NCBI GenBank assembly: GCA_963703315.1
Contig: OY969811.1
Coordinates: forward strand, 1,216,001 to 1,280,000
DNA from: an uncultured cyanobacterium
GTDB lineage: Bacteria > Cyanobacteriota > Cyanobacteriia > Pseudanabaenales > Pseudanabaenaceae
DNA length: 64,000 bases
Direction of reading: 5' to 3'
Below the pieces are notes generated by a model. That model did no database searches and was not told the DNA's origin. It was given only the letters and a program-made list of their open reading frames with translations. Below are positions 38,267 through 50,407 of this stretch, in pieces. The translations under genes and the position numbers were made by a program. Position 1 is the first letter of the stretch. Each line of letters begins with the position of its first letter.

Positions 38267-39120
38267 TGGAATTATTAAATTGGTTTACTGCCCCCTTGCA
38301 GTATGGGTTTATGGTGAAAGCAATTTTGATTAGTGCTTTGGTGGGATTGGTCTGCTCAGCGCTGTCTTGCTTCATGATTTTGAAAGGATGGGCGTTAATG
38401 GGCGATGCCGTGTCCCATGCGGTATTACCGGGGGTGGTACTAGCCTACGTGATGAATATTCCTTTTGCGATCGGGGCGTTTGTCTTTGGAGTGGGTTCGG
38501 TAATCGCGATCGGATTTATCAAAGCCAACACTCGCATTAAAGAAGATACGGTAATTGGATTGGTATTTACAGGATTATTTGCTTTCGGAATTGTGCTAGT
38601 TTCCAAAGTTAAAAGTACGGTCGATTTAGGACATATTCTGTTTGGTAATGTGCTGGGAATCGCAGATAGTGATATTGTCCAAACTGTGATTATTAGCGTT
38701 ATTACCTTAGTAACACTGGTTCTATTACGCAAAGATTTAATTCTGTTTTGTTTTGATGCTACCCATGCGCGATCAATTGGATTGAATACGACATTTCTCT
38801 ATTATGTCTTGCTCTCTTTACTCTCCCTGACGGCTGTGGCAGGACTTCAGACGGTGGGAATTATTCTAGTTGTGGCGATGTTGATTACTCCAGGGGCAAC
38901 TGCCTATTTATTAAGCGATCGCTTTGACCAGATGGTGCTAATTGCGATGGCTTCGGGAATGTTTTCCAGTGTGATGGGAACCTATATTAGTTATCACATT
39001 GACGGTTCAACGGGTGGTTGTATTGTGGTTCTGCAAACTCTATTATTTTTAGTGGCGATGATTTTTGCACCGAAGCATGGACTGTTAGTGCGATCGCGCC
39101 AACAAATTACTGAGCCTTAG
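38266..39120 (+). CDS. mntB: Mn2+ (metal) ABC transporter permease
   Basis: LMGDAVSHAVLPG, EDTVIG and ILFGNVLG; multiple TM helices. Confidence 0.88.
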   Translation: MELLNWFTAPLQYGFMVKAILISALVGLVCSALSCFMILKGWALMGDAVSHAVLPGVVLAYVMNIPFAIGAFVFGVGSVIAIGFIKANTRIKEDTVIGLVFTGLFAFGIVLVSKVKSTVDLGHILFGNVLGIADSDIVQTVIISVITLVTLVLLRKDLILFCFDATHARSIGLNTTFLYYVLLSLLSLTAVAGLQTVGIILVVAMLITPGATAYLLSDRFDQMVLIAMASGMFSSVMGTYISYHIDGSTGGCIVVLQTLLFLVAMIFAPKHGLLVRSRQQITEP

Positions 39121-39202
39121 TTAGTATTCTCATAAAACAGCATTCCATAACTTTCTCCTTCTCAATACTATCTCTTATTTCTTAACAGGTCTATTATAAA
39201 GC

Positions 39203-39290
39203 TAAGTAGCTGGGCGCATTAAATATAAAACCCAAAAACCTGTGGCGCACGCGCAGCGTGCGCCACAGGTTTTAGCTCTGATTTTTAATG
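39203..39290. mobile_element. Truncated TAAGTAG-family MITE-like element
   Basis: Reverse complement of 16272-16374 lacking one end; core AAAACCTGTGGCGCACGC-GCA-GCGTGCGCCACAGGTTTT. Confidence 0.7.
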
Positions 39291-39303
39291 AGGAATTGAA
39301 GTT

Positions 39304-42300
39304 ATGCAACTTACTCTTCGCTATGTATGTATTTCTGGCGCGATCGCAATTAGCTATTTTACGGCAGTATTTCCTACTATGGCTCAGATTGTGACCGATC
39401 AAACTCTGCCAGTAAACTCTACAGTAACTACAAGTGGATTAATACATACAATTAATGGTGGTACGGCGAGGGGCGTTAATCTCTATCATAGTTTTCAAGA
39501 TTTCTCAGTTCCCATAGATAATACTGCCTATTTCAATAATGCTTCCAATGTGCAGAATATTTTAACGCGAGTGACAGGAAACTCTGTCTCGAATATTGAG
39601 GGCATGATTAAAACAAATGGAAATGCTAATTTATTTCTGCTCAATCCTCATGGGATTACATTTGGAGCAAGTGCCAAGTTGGATATTGGCGGAACTTTTG
39701 TGGGCAGTACAGCCAATAGTCTTAAGTTCGCTGACGGTAGCGAATTTAGTGCCACCAATCCCCAAACACCGCCTTTACTGACAACAGATATTACGCTAGG
39801 GTTGCAATATGGTACGAGTAATACAGGAGCAACGATCGCCAATCGCGGCAATCTCTCCACTGGACAAGATTTAATTCTCAATGCTGACCAACTAGACTTA
39901 CAAGGGCAATTACAAGCAGGGCGAGATTTAACTTTGCGATCGCCTAATCCGATTATCGGTGATGCCCATTTCTATGCGAATGGAAACTTAAAATTTGAGA
40001 ACGTGGATGGAACCCTCGGAAATCTGATCAGCCCTAACGATCCCGTGATTTTAGCTGGTGGGAATGTGGCTTTAGGCAACTATACAGGCGCATCGCTGCA
40101 TATTTTAGCAGGAGGCAGCGTTACCCTCGGTAATGTCACAATCAACGCTACAGGAGCAGTAAATACTACAATCAATCCCAGTAATACAGCGCTATTTAAT
40201 GCGACGAAAAGCTATGCAGATTTGGCAACATTTTATTTGACAGACTATCAAGCAATTAAAAATGGTGATGGCTCAGTTCAGAATATTGTACCGATCCAAA
40301 TTCCGATCACGATTAATGGAAATAGTCAAGCAACTTTGGATGTGCGAACAGGAGTAGACTGGTCACAGTTAGGTGGGTTACCCTCTAGTCCCATCGTCTC
40401 AGGGGCGATCGCTTCTACCCCAACCTATGTCAATCCTCCTACTAGAGCCGATATTACCGTAAATGGAACTATTCGCGTAAACCAGCCTAGCGGATTAGTG
40501 TTATTGACCAACCAGTTCATGCCTAATACCTTGCAAGGCAAAATCTCTACTCAAGAAATTAATACGGGTACGAGTGTAGTCGGAGCTAATGCTGGTGATA
40601 TTCGCATCTATGGACGTGGCGATATTGTCATAAATTCCAACTTGATTGCGTATGCAGAACCAAACACGGGTAATGCAGGTAATGGTGGCTCCGTTGCTAT
40701 TTCTTCTTACGCTGGTAATATTCGGATGAGTTCTGACTTGTATACTGATTCTTTCACTCTCATTGGAAATACAAGTAATGGCGGCAAGATATCATTCTCT
40801 TCCTATTTAGGTAATATTCTATTAGATAATATGTATTTTGAATCGTCCTCCTTCGCTTACGATGGCAACTCAGCGAATGCAGGAGATGTTTCTCTTACCT
40901 CTCACTCTGGCAATATTACAGTCACTCGTCCAATCTGGAAATCACCCTCAGTTTCATTAGCATCAGGTTATTCGGGTAATGGGGGAGCAGTTTCTTTTGC
41001 TACTTATTCTGGCAATATCACCATTAAAGATGTCCAGAGCTTCTTTGGCGATACTGGCACTTATTTAGATACTGGAACTTATTCAGGCTCTAAATCCTCT
41101 GGAAATGGAGGAGCATTTTCGTTAGCTTCCAACTCTGGCAATATTTCCCTAACTAATGCACCGTTAAATTCCTCCACTGCTTCCTATTCATCTTCAACAT
41201 TAGATTCTGCTGGCAATGGCGGCGCAATCTCTTTAGCGACTGGTTCTGGAGATATTACGCTAAATGATTTGACATTGTATTCGTACTCCTTTGCTCAATC
41301 GGCTAATTCGCGCAATGGCGGCGCAATTTCTCTATATTCTGGATCTGGGAATATTAAGCTGAACAACTCCACATTATCAGCTTACTCATTTGCTCCTGCT
41401 GCTAGCTCTCAGAATGGCGGAATGGTATCTATATCTGCGCCCAATGGCAATATTATCAGTGACTTAACTAGCTACATATTGTCATTCTCAATTTCTAAGT
41501 TAGGTTCCCAAAGTGGAAATGGTGGTGAAATTAACCTCGTCGCCAAAAATCAAATTAATAATCTTGCTCTGTTTACATCATCGGCTTTTGGGCAAGCAGG
41601 AACTGTAAATATCAATGGATTAGGGGACTTAACAATCTCCAATCTACAAATTATTACCAGTAAGACCGTCAACTTTCCTAAACGTGACTACGATATTAAC
41701 GACCCAAATACTTTCATCACCACGATTTTTGGTGCTGGACAAAATGGGCGATCGGGAGATGTGGTAATTACAGGCTTAGGGAATCTTACGTTTGACAATA
41801 CGCTGATTTTAAGTACGACTCAAGGAACTGATTCTGCTGGCAATATTTTGATCACTAGTCCCAACTTGATTACTTTCCAAAATAATAGTCAAGTCCTCAG
41901 TAATACCAGTAGCAAAGGCAATGCGGGGAATATCAATGTTGTTGCGGGACAGGCTATTACCTTCAAACAGAATAGTCAAATTACTGCTCAAACCAGTAGT
42001 GAGGGAAAAGCTGGCAATATTGATCTCAACGCAGGAAATTCGATTCTTTTTACTGCGGGTACTGGCTTATTTGCCAATACCACCCAAGGTTCTACAGGCG
42101 ATGGCGGTAATATTACGATCGATCCGCAATATGTCACTCTTCAAGATGGCGCAGCGATCGCTGTTGGTAGTCTCGGATCTGGCGTTGGCGGCAATATTAG
42201 CATATTTGCCAATTATCTCTCGCTGATTAATGGATCTTCTATTACTGCCTCAACTGCTAGTACAAATGGAGGAAATATCAACTTGACCATTCCCTCAATA

Positions 42301-42960
42301 TTAATGATGCGTTATGGTAGCCAGATTAGCACCACCGCAGGGACAGCAAACGCAGGTGGCAACGGTGGCAACATCAATGTTAATGCGGGTTTTATCATTG
42401 GTGTGAAGGGAGAGAATAGCGATATCTTTGCGAATGCGTTTACGGGCAATGGCGGTAACATAAATATTAGGACTAATGGCATTTACGGTTTAGAGTTCCG
42501 TTCTCAACTGACACCTTTTAGCGACATTACCGCTAGTTCTCAATTTGGTTTACAAGGAAATGTAATTGTGACTACTCCATCGCTCGATCCTAGTCGAGGA
42601 TTAACCAATTTACCTGTCAATCTTACCGATCCATCGAAGCAGATTAGTCAAAGCTGTGGCGTTGGTGGTAAATTGTCGGGTCGTGATAATAGCTTTACAG
42701 TTTCAGGTAGAGGTGGTTTACCCAAAAGTCCGAGTGATGAGCTTTCCAGTACTCAGCCTTTAGTGGAATTAGCAGAACTTGTACCAAGTAGCGCTAATCA
42801 AGTCTCAGTAATAGAACAGAAGCAGGAGGTAATTAAGGAATCTCCAAAAGTTATTGTGGAAGCAAATGCGATCGCTAGAGATAGAGACGGCAAACTCCGA
42901 TTAATGTCAGATTCTAATCCTCTCAGTCCCGCGATACCTCAGCTTTCCTGTGTTAGATAA
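39304..42960 (+). CDS. Filamentous haemagglutinin N-terminal (TPS) domain exoprotein with beta-helix repeats
   Basis: Signal peptide ending AQI; NLYHSF..FS, RVTG..S.I.G and LFLLNPHGI; GNGG.I repeats; C-terminal F..SGRGGLP motif. Confidence 0.9.
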   Translation: MQLTLRYVCISGAIAISYFTAVFPTMAQIVTDQTLPVNSTVTTSGLIHTINGGTARGVNLYHSFQDFSVPIDNTAYFNNASNVQNILTRVTGNSVSNIEGMIKTNGNANLFLLNPHGITFGASAKLDIGGTFVGSTANSLKFADGSEFSATNPQTPPLLTTDITLGLQYGTSNTGATIANRGNLSTGQDLILNADQLDLQGQLQAGRDLTLRSPNPIIGDAHFYANGNLKFENVDGTLGNLISPNDPVILAGGNVALGNYTGASLHILAGGSVTLGNVTINATGAVNTTINPSNTALFNATKSYADLATFYLTDYQAIKNGDGSVQNIVPIQIPITINGNSQATLDVRTGVDWSQLGGLPSSPIVSGAIASTPTYVNPPTRADITVNGTIRVNQPSGLVLLTNQFMPNTLQGKISTQEINTGTSVVGANAGDIRIYGRGDIVINSNLIAYAEPNTGNAGNGGSVAISSYAGNIRMSSDLYTDSFTLIGNTSNGGKISFSSYLGNILLDNMYFESSSFAYDGNSANAGDVSLTSHSGNITVTRPIWKSPSVSLASGYSGNGGAVSFATYSGNITIKDVQSFFGDTGTYLDTGTYSGSKSSGNGGAFSLASNSGNISLTNAPLNSSTASYSSSTLDSAGNGGAISLATGSGDITLNDLTLYSYSFAQSANSRNGGAISLYSGSGNIKLNNSTLSAYSFAPAASSQNGGMVSISAPNGNIISDLTSYILSFSISKLGSQSGNGGEINLVAKNQINNLALFTSSAFGQAGTVNINGLGDLTISNLQIITSKTVNFPKRDYDINDPNTFITTIFGAGQNGRSGDVVITGLGNLTFDNTLILSTTQGTDSAGNILITSPNLITFQNNSQVLSNTSSKGNAGNINVVAGQAITFKQNSQITAQTSSEGKAGNIDLNAGNSILFTAGTGLFANTTQGSTGDGGNITIDPQYVTLQDGAAIAVGSLGSGVGGNISIFANYLSLINGSSITASTASTNGGNINLTIPSILMMRYGSQISTTAGTANAGGNGGNINVNAGFIIGVKGENSDIFANAFTGNGGNINIRTNGIYGLEFRSQLTPFSDITASSQFGLQGNVIVTTPSLDPSRGLTNLPVNLTDPSKQISQSCGVGGKLSGRDNSFTVSGRGGLPKSPSDELSSTQPLVELAELVPSSANQVSVIEQKQEVIKESPKVIVEANAIARDRDGKLRLMSDSNPLSPAIPQLSCVR

Positions 42961-42997
42961 TACCGTGGCGGCGCTTCGCGCCGCCACGGTATTATCT
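42955..42997. repeat. GC-apex palindrome overlapping the TPS gene stop codon
   Basis: AGATAATACCGTGGCGGCGC-TTC-GCGCCGCCACGGTATTATCT. Confidence 0.78.
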
Positions 42998-43035
42998 GGT
43001 ATAAAATACTAACATTGCTTCTCGGAGTGAAATCT

Positions 43036-43620
43036 ATGACCGCTTATACAGTCAACCTCGATCCGATTGTAAAACTGACCAGAGAGCAGTTTTATGAATT
43101 ATGTGCGGCAAATCCAGAACTCAAACTAGAACGAAACCCTAATGGAGAACTCGTAATTATGTCCCCCACTGGTGGCGAAACAGGTGCTTGGAATTCTGAA
43201 ATCAATCTTGATTTAGGGCTTTGGAACCGTCAAAGCGCTACAGGAAAAACCTTCGACTCATCAACTGGATTTGCTTTACCTAAAGGTAGCGATCGCTCTC
43301 CTGATGCGGCATGGATACCGATCGCTAAATGGAATGCGCTGACACCTGAACAACGCAAGAAGTTTTTACCCTTATGTCCTGACTTTGCGATCGAGTTATT
43401 ATCGCCCAATGACTCATGGATAAAAGGCTTAGCGAAAATGCAAGAATATCAAGATAATGGTTGTCGTCTGGGTTGGCTGATTGATCCTGAAAGCAAGCGT
43501 GTGGCTATTTATCGTTTGGGGAAGTCCGTTGAAATTCTCGAAGCTCCCGCAAGTTTGTCTGGAGAGGATGTGCTAGTAGGATTTGTGCTGAATTTAGAAC
43601 ATATCTGGTTGTCTGAATAG
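43036..43620 (+). CDS. Uma2 family putative endonuclease
   Basis: ERN..GEL.IMSPTG, FDSSTGF, RSPDAAW, PDFAIELLS and GWLIDP motifs. Confidence 0.9.
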   Translation: MTAYTVNLDPIVKLTREQFYELCAANPELKLERNPNGELVIMSPTGGETGAWNSEINLDLGLWNRQSATGKTFDSSTGFALPKGSDRSPDAAWIPIAKWNALTPEQRKKFLPLCPDFAIELLSPNDSWIKGLAKMQEYQDNGCRLGWLIDPESKRVAIYRLGKSVEILEAPASLSGEDVLVGFVLNLEHIWLSE

Positions 43621-43653
43621 AATCACAAAAAACAAAAACCATAGGAAAAATTC

Positions 43654-46308
43654 ATGCTCTCTTGGGATTCTCTCTTCAATCTAAAACCCAAAAGTAGTAA
43701 ATTCCTACGCTATATCGGAATGGGAACTTGTGTGGCTATTCTTACCCTGTTGTTAGGATGGAATGCTCAGCCTAGTATTGCTAATAATTCGGTAAAGGGC
43801 ATAACCAATGCAACGGATATTACTCAATCCCTATCCAATAATCCTGTAACTCTCGTACAGACAGGGAAACAATATTATCAAGCAGGACAATATGCTCAGG
43901 CGATCGCCAACTGGCAACAAGCCGCTAACATTTACGCACAACAAGGCGATCGCCTCAATCAAGCCGTTGTATCTCAAAATCTTGCCTTAGCCCACCACCA
44001 ACACGGTCATTGGCTAGAAGCAGAGCAGTTAATCTTACGCAGTTTAGAAATTTTACAAGCTAATTCCCAACAGCCTAAATTATTAGCGCAAGCGCTCAAT
44101 ATTCAGGGCAGCATTCACATCGCACAGGGTAAAGCTCAAGACGCATTAACGACTTGGCAAAAGGCAACAGGAATTTATGAACAGGTCGGTGATCAAGACG
44201 GAGTTATTCGCAGCAAGATTAATCAAAGTCAGGCAATGCGATCGCTCGGTCTATATCCCAAAGCCAAAGACATCCTTAAACAAGTGCAATTGGAACTCAA
44301 AGCACTTCCTAACTCTTCCCTGAAAATTTCTAGTTTGATCAATCTTGGCGATACTCTCCGCCTCAATGGAGATTTCACCGAAGCAACAACTATTTTGCAA
44401 GAAAGCCTAGCGATCGCCAAACAACTCAAGGATACAAACACAATTGCCGAGATTCTCCTCAGTTTAGGAAACATTGCCTCTAGTCAACAACAATCCGCTA
44501 GTGAAGGAAATATTGCCTATCGCAAACAAAAGCGTTCTGAGGCGATCGCCTATTATCAACAGGTTGCCCAAATCGCGACTCAGCCGATTCCCAAAGTAAA
44601 AGCCCAACTAAATCAATTGCGACTGGAGATTGAGTTAAACCAGATGGAGTCAGCAAAGATTCTATTACCAACGATCCAAGCCCAACTGCAAAAGCTGCCC
44701 CCTAGCCGCGCTACGGTCTATGCAAAAGTAAATTTTGCCCAAAGCTTGATGAAGTTAAATCCAGATCTTAGCGATCGCCAAGTCGCCTCCCAATTACTTG
44801 CTAATGCTGCCCAACAAGCAAAAGAGATGGGCGATGCTAGATCTGAATCCTACGCGATCGGCTATCTGGGAGAACTCTACGCCCAATCACAACAACTTCC
44901 CGAAGCACAAGAACTAACCGAAAAAGCACTGATCCTTGCCCAGAAATATAATGCTTCGGATATTGCCTATCGCTGGCAGTGGCAATTGGGAAGAGTTCTT
45001 AACTCTCAAGGCAAACCTTCCCAAGCGATCGCCGCCTATAGCGAAGCTGTCAATACCCTAACTTCAATTCGTGGTGATCTTGTCTCTAGCAATGCTGATA
45101 TTCAGTTTTCCTTTCGTGATAGTGTCGAGCCAGTCTATCGTCAGCTTGTAGCCTTACTCCTCAGCACTGAGAATGGTACACAAGTTAGTCAAAAAAATCT
45201 GATTGCTGCGCGTAAGGTAATCGAATCTCTGCAACTAGCCGAATTAGATAACTTCTTTAAAGAGGCTTGCCTGATAGGACGCACTACTCAAGTTGATCAA
45301 GTCGATCCGCAAGCAGCCGTAATTTACCCCATCGTTTTACCAGAAAGTTTAGAAGTGATTATTTCACTTCCAGATCGTTCCCTTCTGCACCATAGCACCC
45401 CAATTTCTCAAGATAAACTAGAAAATCTGTTGAGCGAACTGAGGCGATCGCTACGGCGCACATCCCTTGAGACAGATATTCAATTAACTTCAGAGAAAGT
45501 CTACAATCTCCTTATTGACAAAGAGATAGAGGCTGCCCTAGCCGCAAATAAAATTAAAACTTTGGCATTTGTACTGGATGGTTCTTTACGAAATTTGCCT
45601 ATGTCAGTTCTCTATGATGGGAAACAATACTTGATGGAGAAATATAATCTGGCAATCACACCAGGGTTACAACTTCTCGATCCCCGTCCGCTCCAACGTC
45701 AGCAACTAGAAGTATTTGTTGGTGGCTTGAGCAAAGAAACCCAAGACTTTAACGCATTACCCAATGTCGAGAGAGAAATTCAGCAAATTGCGGCGGTGGT
45801 AAACACTCAAACCCCATTACTCAATGAAACGTTTATTAGCGAATCCATCCAAAAACAAATTAGTAAAATTCCCTTTAGAGTAGTTCATCTAGCTACTCAT
45901 GGAGAATTTAGTTCTGACGCTGAAAAAACCTTTATTTTGACTTGGAATAACCGTCTTGGAGTCAAACAGTTAGGAGAATTACTGCAAACTAGGGATCAAG
46001 ATCGGCGAACTCCCATTGAGTTATTAGTTCTCAGCGCTTGTAAAACTGCCAAAGGAGATAATCGTGCCGCGTTAGGGCTAGCAGGAATGGCAGTGCGATC
46101 GGGAGCGCGGAGTACGATCGCCAGTTTATGGTCAGTCGAAGATAGTGCCACCGCGACATTTATGGCAAATTTTTATCAAGAATTAGCAATTGTCGGCACT
46201 ACCAAAGCTGATGCTTTACGCAAGGCACAGATTAGTCTTTTAAAAAACCCACAATTTACTCATCCCTTTTACTGGTCGCCATTCGTACTAGTCGGCAATT
46301 GGCTATAA
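43654..46308 (+). CDS. TPR-CHAT (caspase-like) domain protein with N-terminal signal peptide
   Basis: TPR repeats; VVHLATHG (His) and LVLSACKTA (Cys) dyad; ASLWSV and HPFYWSPFVLVGNW. Confidence 0.92.
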   Translation: MLSWDSLFNLKPKSSKFLRYIGMGTCVAILTLLLGWNAQPSIANNSVKGITNATDITQSLSNNPVTLVQTGKQYYQAGQYAQAIANWQQAANIYAQQGDRLNQAVVSQNLALAHHQHGHWLEAEQLILRSLEILQANSQQPKLLAQALNIQGSIHIAQGKAQDALTTWQKATGIYEQVGDQDGVIRSKINQSQAMRSLGLYPKAKDILKQVQLELKALPNSSLKISSLINLGDTLRLNGDFTEATTILQESLAIAKQLKDTNTIAEILLSLGNIASSQQQSASEGNIAYRKQKRSEAIAYYQQVAQIATQPIPKVKAQLNQLRLEIELNQMESAKILLPTIQAQLQKLPPSRATVYAKVNFAQSLMKLNPDLSDRQVASQLLANAAQQAKEMGDARSESYAIGYLGELYAQSQQLPEAQELTEKALILAQKYNASDIAYRWQWQLGRVLNSQGKPSQAIAAYSEAVNTLTSIRGDLVSSNADIQFSFRDSVEPVYRQLVALLLSTENGTQVSQKNLIAARKVIESLQLAELDNFFKEACLIGRTTQVDQVDPQAAVIYPIVLPESLEVIISLPDRSLLHHSTPISQDKLENLLSELRRSLRRTSLETDIQLTSEKVYNLLIDKEIEAALAANKIKTLAFVLDGSLRNLPMSVLYDGKQYLMEKYNLAITPGLQLLDPRPLQRQQLEVFVGGLSKETQDFNALPNVEREIQQIAAVVNTQTPLLNETFISESIQKQISKIPFRVVHLATHGEFSSDAEKTFILTWNNRLGVKQLGELLQTRDQDRRTPIELLVLSACKTAKGDNRAALGLAGMAVRSGARSTIASLWSVEDSATATFMANFYQELAIVGTTKADALRKAQISLLKNPQFTHPFYWSPFVLVGNWL

Positions 46309-46309
46309 C

Positions 46310-46424
46310 TATAGCCATAGCCAAGCAAGTTAAGACATAAAACCCAAAAGAGAGGTGCGGCGCAAAGCGCCGCACCTCTCTTTTGGGTTTTGGTTTTGTC
46401 CTAACATAGCTAACTACAGATATA
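46310..46424. mobile_element. TATAGC-family MITE-like element
   Basis: AAAACCCAAAAGAGAGGTGCGGCGC-AAA-GCGCCGCACCTCTCTTTTGGGTTTT inside an AAGACAT/TGTCCTAA scaffold similar to the 16420 and 34393 copies. Confidence 0.62.
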
Positions 46425-46478
46425 TCAAAAAACGAGTAACATATTCATCATCAGTCACTCCTTCTAGGAAATAAGGCT

Positions 46479-47231
46479 ATGCTTCACAAATTGTTGTATC
46501 CAAACTATGCGATTTTGGCGATCGCTACACTCTCGCAAATAAGCACATCTTCTGTTTTTGTAGTCGGTGCTAACGCTCAAACCTTTGAGCCGCCTGTAAG
46601 TAACCCCTCTCCCCCCATAACTATTGGCGGCGGCAGACGGGGTGGTGATGGACAATGCTTAAAAGATCGAGATCTTCAGCGAAAAGATGTCAAGTTGAAA
46701 CATTCTTTAGAGCAACAGCTTACTGCGTTACTCCCTCCTAACAAATTCGGTCTTACCATCTCATCTCATCCGCAATTTTTTGCCTATATTCCCAAAACTA
46801 ACGCGATCGCTGTCGAATTTACCCTTGAGAATCCACAAGGTAAAGGCATTGCCCGCAAAAGATTAGAACTCACAAGTACTCCTAGTATTGTGAATGTTCA
46901 ATTTGACCAAATACCTCTAGAAGTTGGCAAAGACTATAAATGGCTAATTTCTGTAGTATGCAAGACTGGCGATCCTGAAGATCTGTTTGCTGAGGGTATC
47001 ATTCGGCGCATCAAACCAGAGCCAACTCTGCTCAAGCAATTGGAACAGGCAACTGCGATCGAAAAAGTATATATATACGCCAAGTTTGGAATTTGGCATG
47101 AGGCGATCGCTGACCTTGCCAATTTGCGGCGCACCCACCCCAATAGTGCGGATCTAAAGACTAATTGGCTGAACTTACTTAAGTCCTCCAACCTCGAACC
47201 TCTAGCCAATATCCCCCTCAAAAAGCTATAG
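46479..47231 (+). CDS. DUF928 domain protein
   Basis: Signal peptide; GGGRRG..C, LTALLP...GLT....P.FF.YIP, Y.W...C and YA..GIWHEA motifs. Confidence 0.85.
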   Translation: MLHKLLYPNYAILAIATLSQISTSSVFVVGANAQTFEPPVSNPSPPITIGGGRRGGDGQCLKDRDLQRKDVKLKHSLEQQLTALLPPNKFGLTISSHPQFFAYIPKTNAIAVEFTLENPQGKGIARKRLELTSTPSIVNVQFDQIPLEVGKDYKWLISVVCKTGDPEDLFAEGIIRRIKPEPTLLKQLEQATAIEKVYIYAKFGIWHEAIADLANLRRTHPNSADLKTNWLNLLKSSNLEPLANIPLKKL

Positions 47232-47298
47232 CCAGTGATGTTAAGACAAAACCACAACTCTCTCTTGCTATAATCCAAATTTAGTCATAAAAAGCAAA

Positions 47299-48978
47299 AT
47301 GTCTACAGATCCTGATGAACTAATTTTCTTAGAGGAAGATGAAGAGTTATCTCTTGTAGATGAAGATGCAGACAGATACTCTATTGTAGAAAGTCGAAAC
47401 GATGCATCTTTAGCCATTCATGAATTTAGCTCCTTACACAACAGATCAACATGGAAAGTCTTAATTTGTGATGATGATCGCTCTGTTCATAAAGTTACGA
47501 AGCTGGCTCTAGATGGATTTAAGTTTGCAAACAAAAAATTAGAGATAATGTACGCTTCCTCTGGTGCTGAAGGACTCAAAATCATCGAGCAGCATCCTGA
47601 TATCGCGGTGATTTTTCAAGATGTAATCATGGAGACTAATAACTCAGGATTACAAGCCATCAAATATATTCGGGAAGTTCTGCAAAATCAATTGGTACGC
47701 ATTATTCTGCGTACAGGACAACCAGCAGAATTTCCTGAATCTTCGGTGATTCTGAACTATGACATCAATGACTACAAGTCAAAAACAGAACTGACTGAAC
47801 AAAAACTTTTTACAACACTAATTTCGAGTTTGAGAGCCTATAGCTCGCTACTAAGTCTTTCTGAAAGCCGCCAGCAGTTGTCTATATTAAATACTCAACT
47901 TCAAGATTTTAATCAGAACTTAGAGAAAATCGTCCAAGAGCGCACTATTGAACTTGCGATCGCGAAAGAAGCCGCAGATAGTGCTAACAAAGCTAAAAGT
48001 CAGTTTCTCACCAATATGAGTCATGAACTGAGAACTCCTCTCAATTCAATTCTTGGTTATGCTCAGGTTCTCCAGATGAGTGATGATCCCATTAATCATC
48101 AAAAGGGATTAGATGTCATCCAAAGTAGTGGTAACCATCTGCTATCACTGATTAATGACATTCTTGATCTTTCCAAAATTGAAGCTGGTAAATTAGAAAT
48201 TGATTATGAACCGTTCTATTTAGATGGACTTCTTACTGATCTCATCGATTCCTTAAAGATTCAAGCTAACAATCAAGCAGTAGAAATCCTCTATCAGCCA
48301 AGCGGAAAGATTCCCAAATTTGTTTATGGTGATGCGAAAAGGTTGCGCCAAGTAATATTTAACCTCATGGGTAATGCCATTAAGTTTACGAAAAAAGGTA
48401 CGGTGTCTTTAGTTATACAAAGCCTAAGCCATAACAAAATTCGCTTTGATATTACTGACAGTGGTATTGGTATTGCATCAGAGAACCTATCTAAAATATT
48501 TGAATCCTTTGAACAGGTTGGCAATCCTGTAGATCGGCAATCAGGTACAGGCTTGGGTTTAGCGATTAGCAAAAAGCTGGTGGCGATCATGGGAGGAGAG
48601 CTAAATGTAGAAAGCACTTTAGGTAAAGGGAGTAATTTCTGGCTAGAGATTGATTTACCTACCTATGTAAGTGCAACACCAATTAATTTAGACTTAGAGC
48701 ATAAATATCATGATGCTGTTCCTACGGCGATCGCCTCTCATCTATCTGCAACAGTCACTAATGCAGAGGGTAATCCAGAGGCTACTCTCATACCCGATCG
48801 CCACATTGTATTAGAACTATTGGAACTCACCAAAGTAGGCGATATCCAAGCTTTACAAGAACGTGTCAAACAATTAGAACAGTCTGATCCCAGATTACAA
48901 ATGTTTAGTGGAGAAATCTTGAAGTTGATCAAGAGCTTTCAACTTCGTAAAATCTTAAGTTATCTCAACTCTCTTTAA
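47299..48978 (+). CDS. Response regulator-histidine kinase hybrid
   Basis: REC: VLICDDD, DVIMET, RTGQP. HisKA: MSHELRTPLN. HATPase: NAIKFT, DSGIGI, GTGLGL. Confidence 0.92.
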   Translation: MSTDPDELIFLEEDEELSLVDEDADRYSIVESRNDASLAIHEFSSLHNRSTWKVLICDDDRSVHKVTKLALDGFKFANKKLEIMYASSGAEGLKIIEQHPDIAVIFQDVIMETNNSGLQAIKYIREVLQNQLVRIILRTGQPAEFPESSVILNYDINDYKSKTELTEQKLFTTLISSLRAYSSLLSLSESRQQLSILNTQLQDFNQNLEKIVQERTIELAIAKEAADSANKAKSQFLTNMSHELRTPLNSILGYAQVLQMSDDPINHQKGLDVIQSSGNHLLSLINDILDLSKIEAGKLEIDYEPFYLDGLLTDLIDSLKIQANNQAVEILYQPSGKIPKFVYGDAKRLRQVIFNLMGNAIKFTKKGTVSLVIQSLSHNKIRFDITDSGIGIASENLSKIFESFEQVGNPVDRQSGTGLGLAISKKLVAIMGGELNVESTLGKGSNFWLEIDLPTYVSATPINLDLEHKYHDAVPTAIASHLSATVTNAEGNPEATLIPDRHIVLELLELTKVGDIQALQERVKQLEQSDPRLQMFSGEILKLIKSFQLRKILSYLNSL

Positions 48979-48980
48979 AA

Positions 48981-50404
<1,424 letters not shown>

Positions 50405-50407
50405 AGT

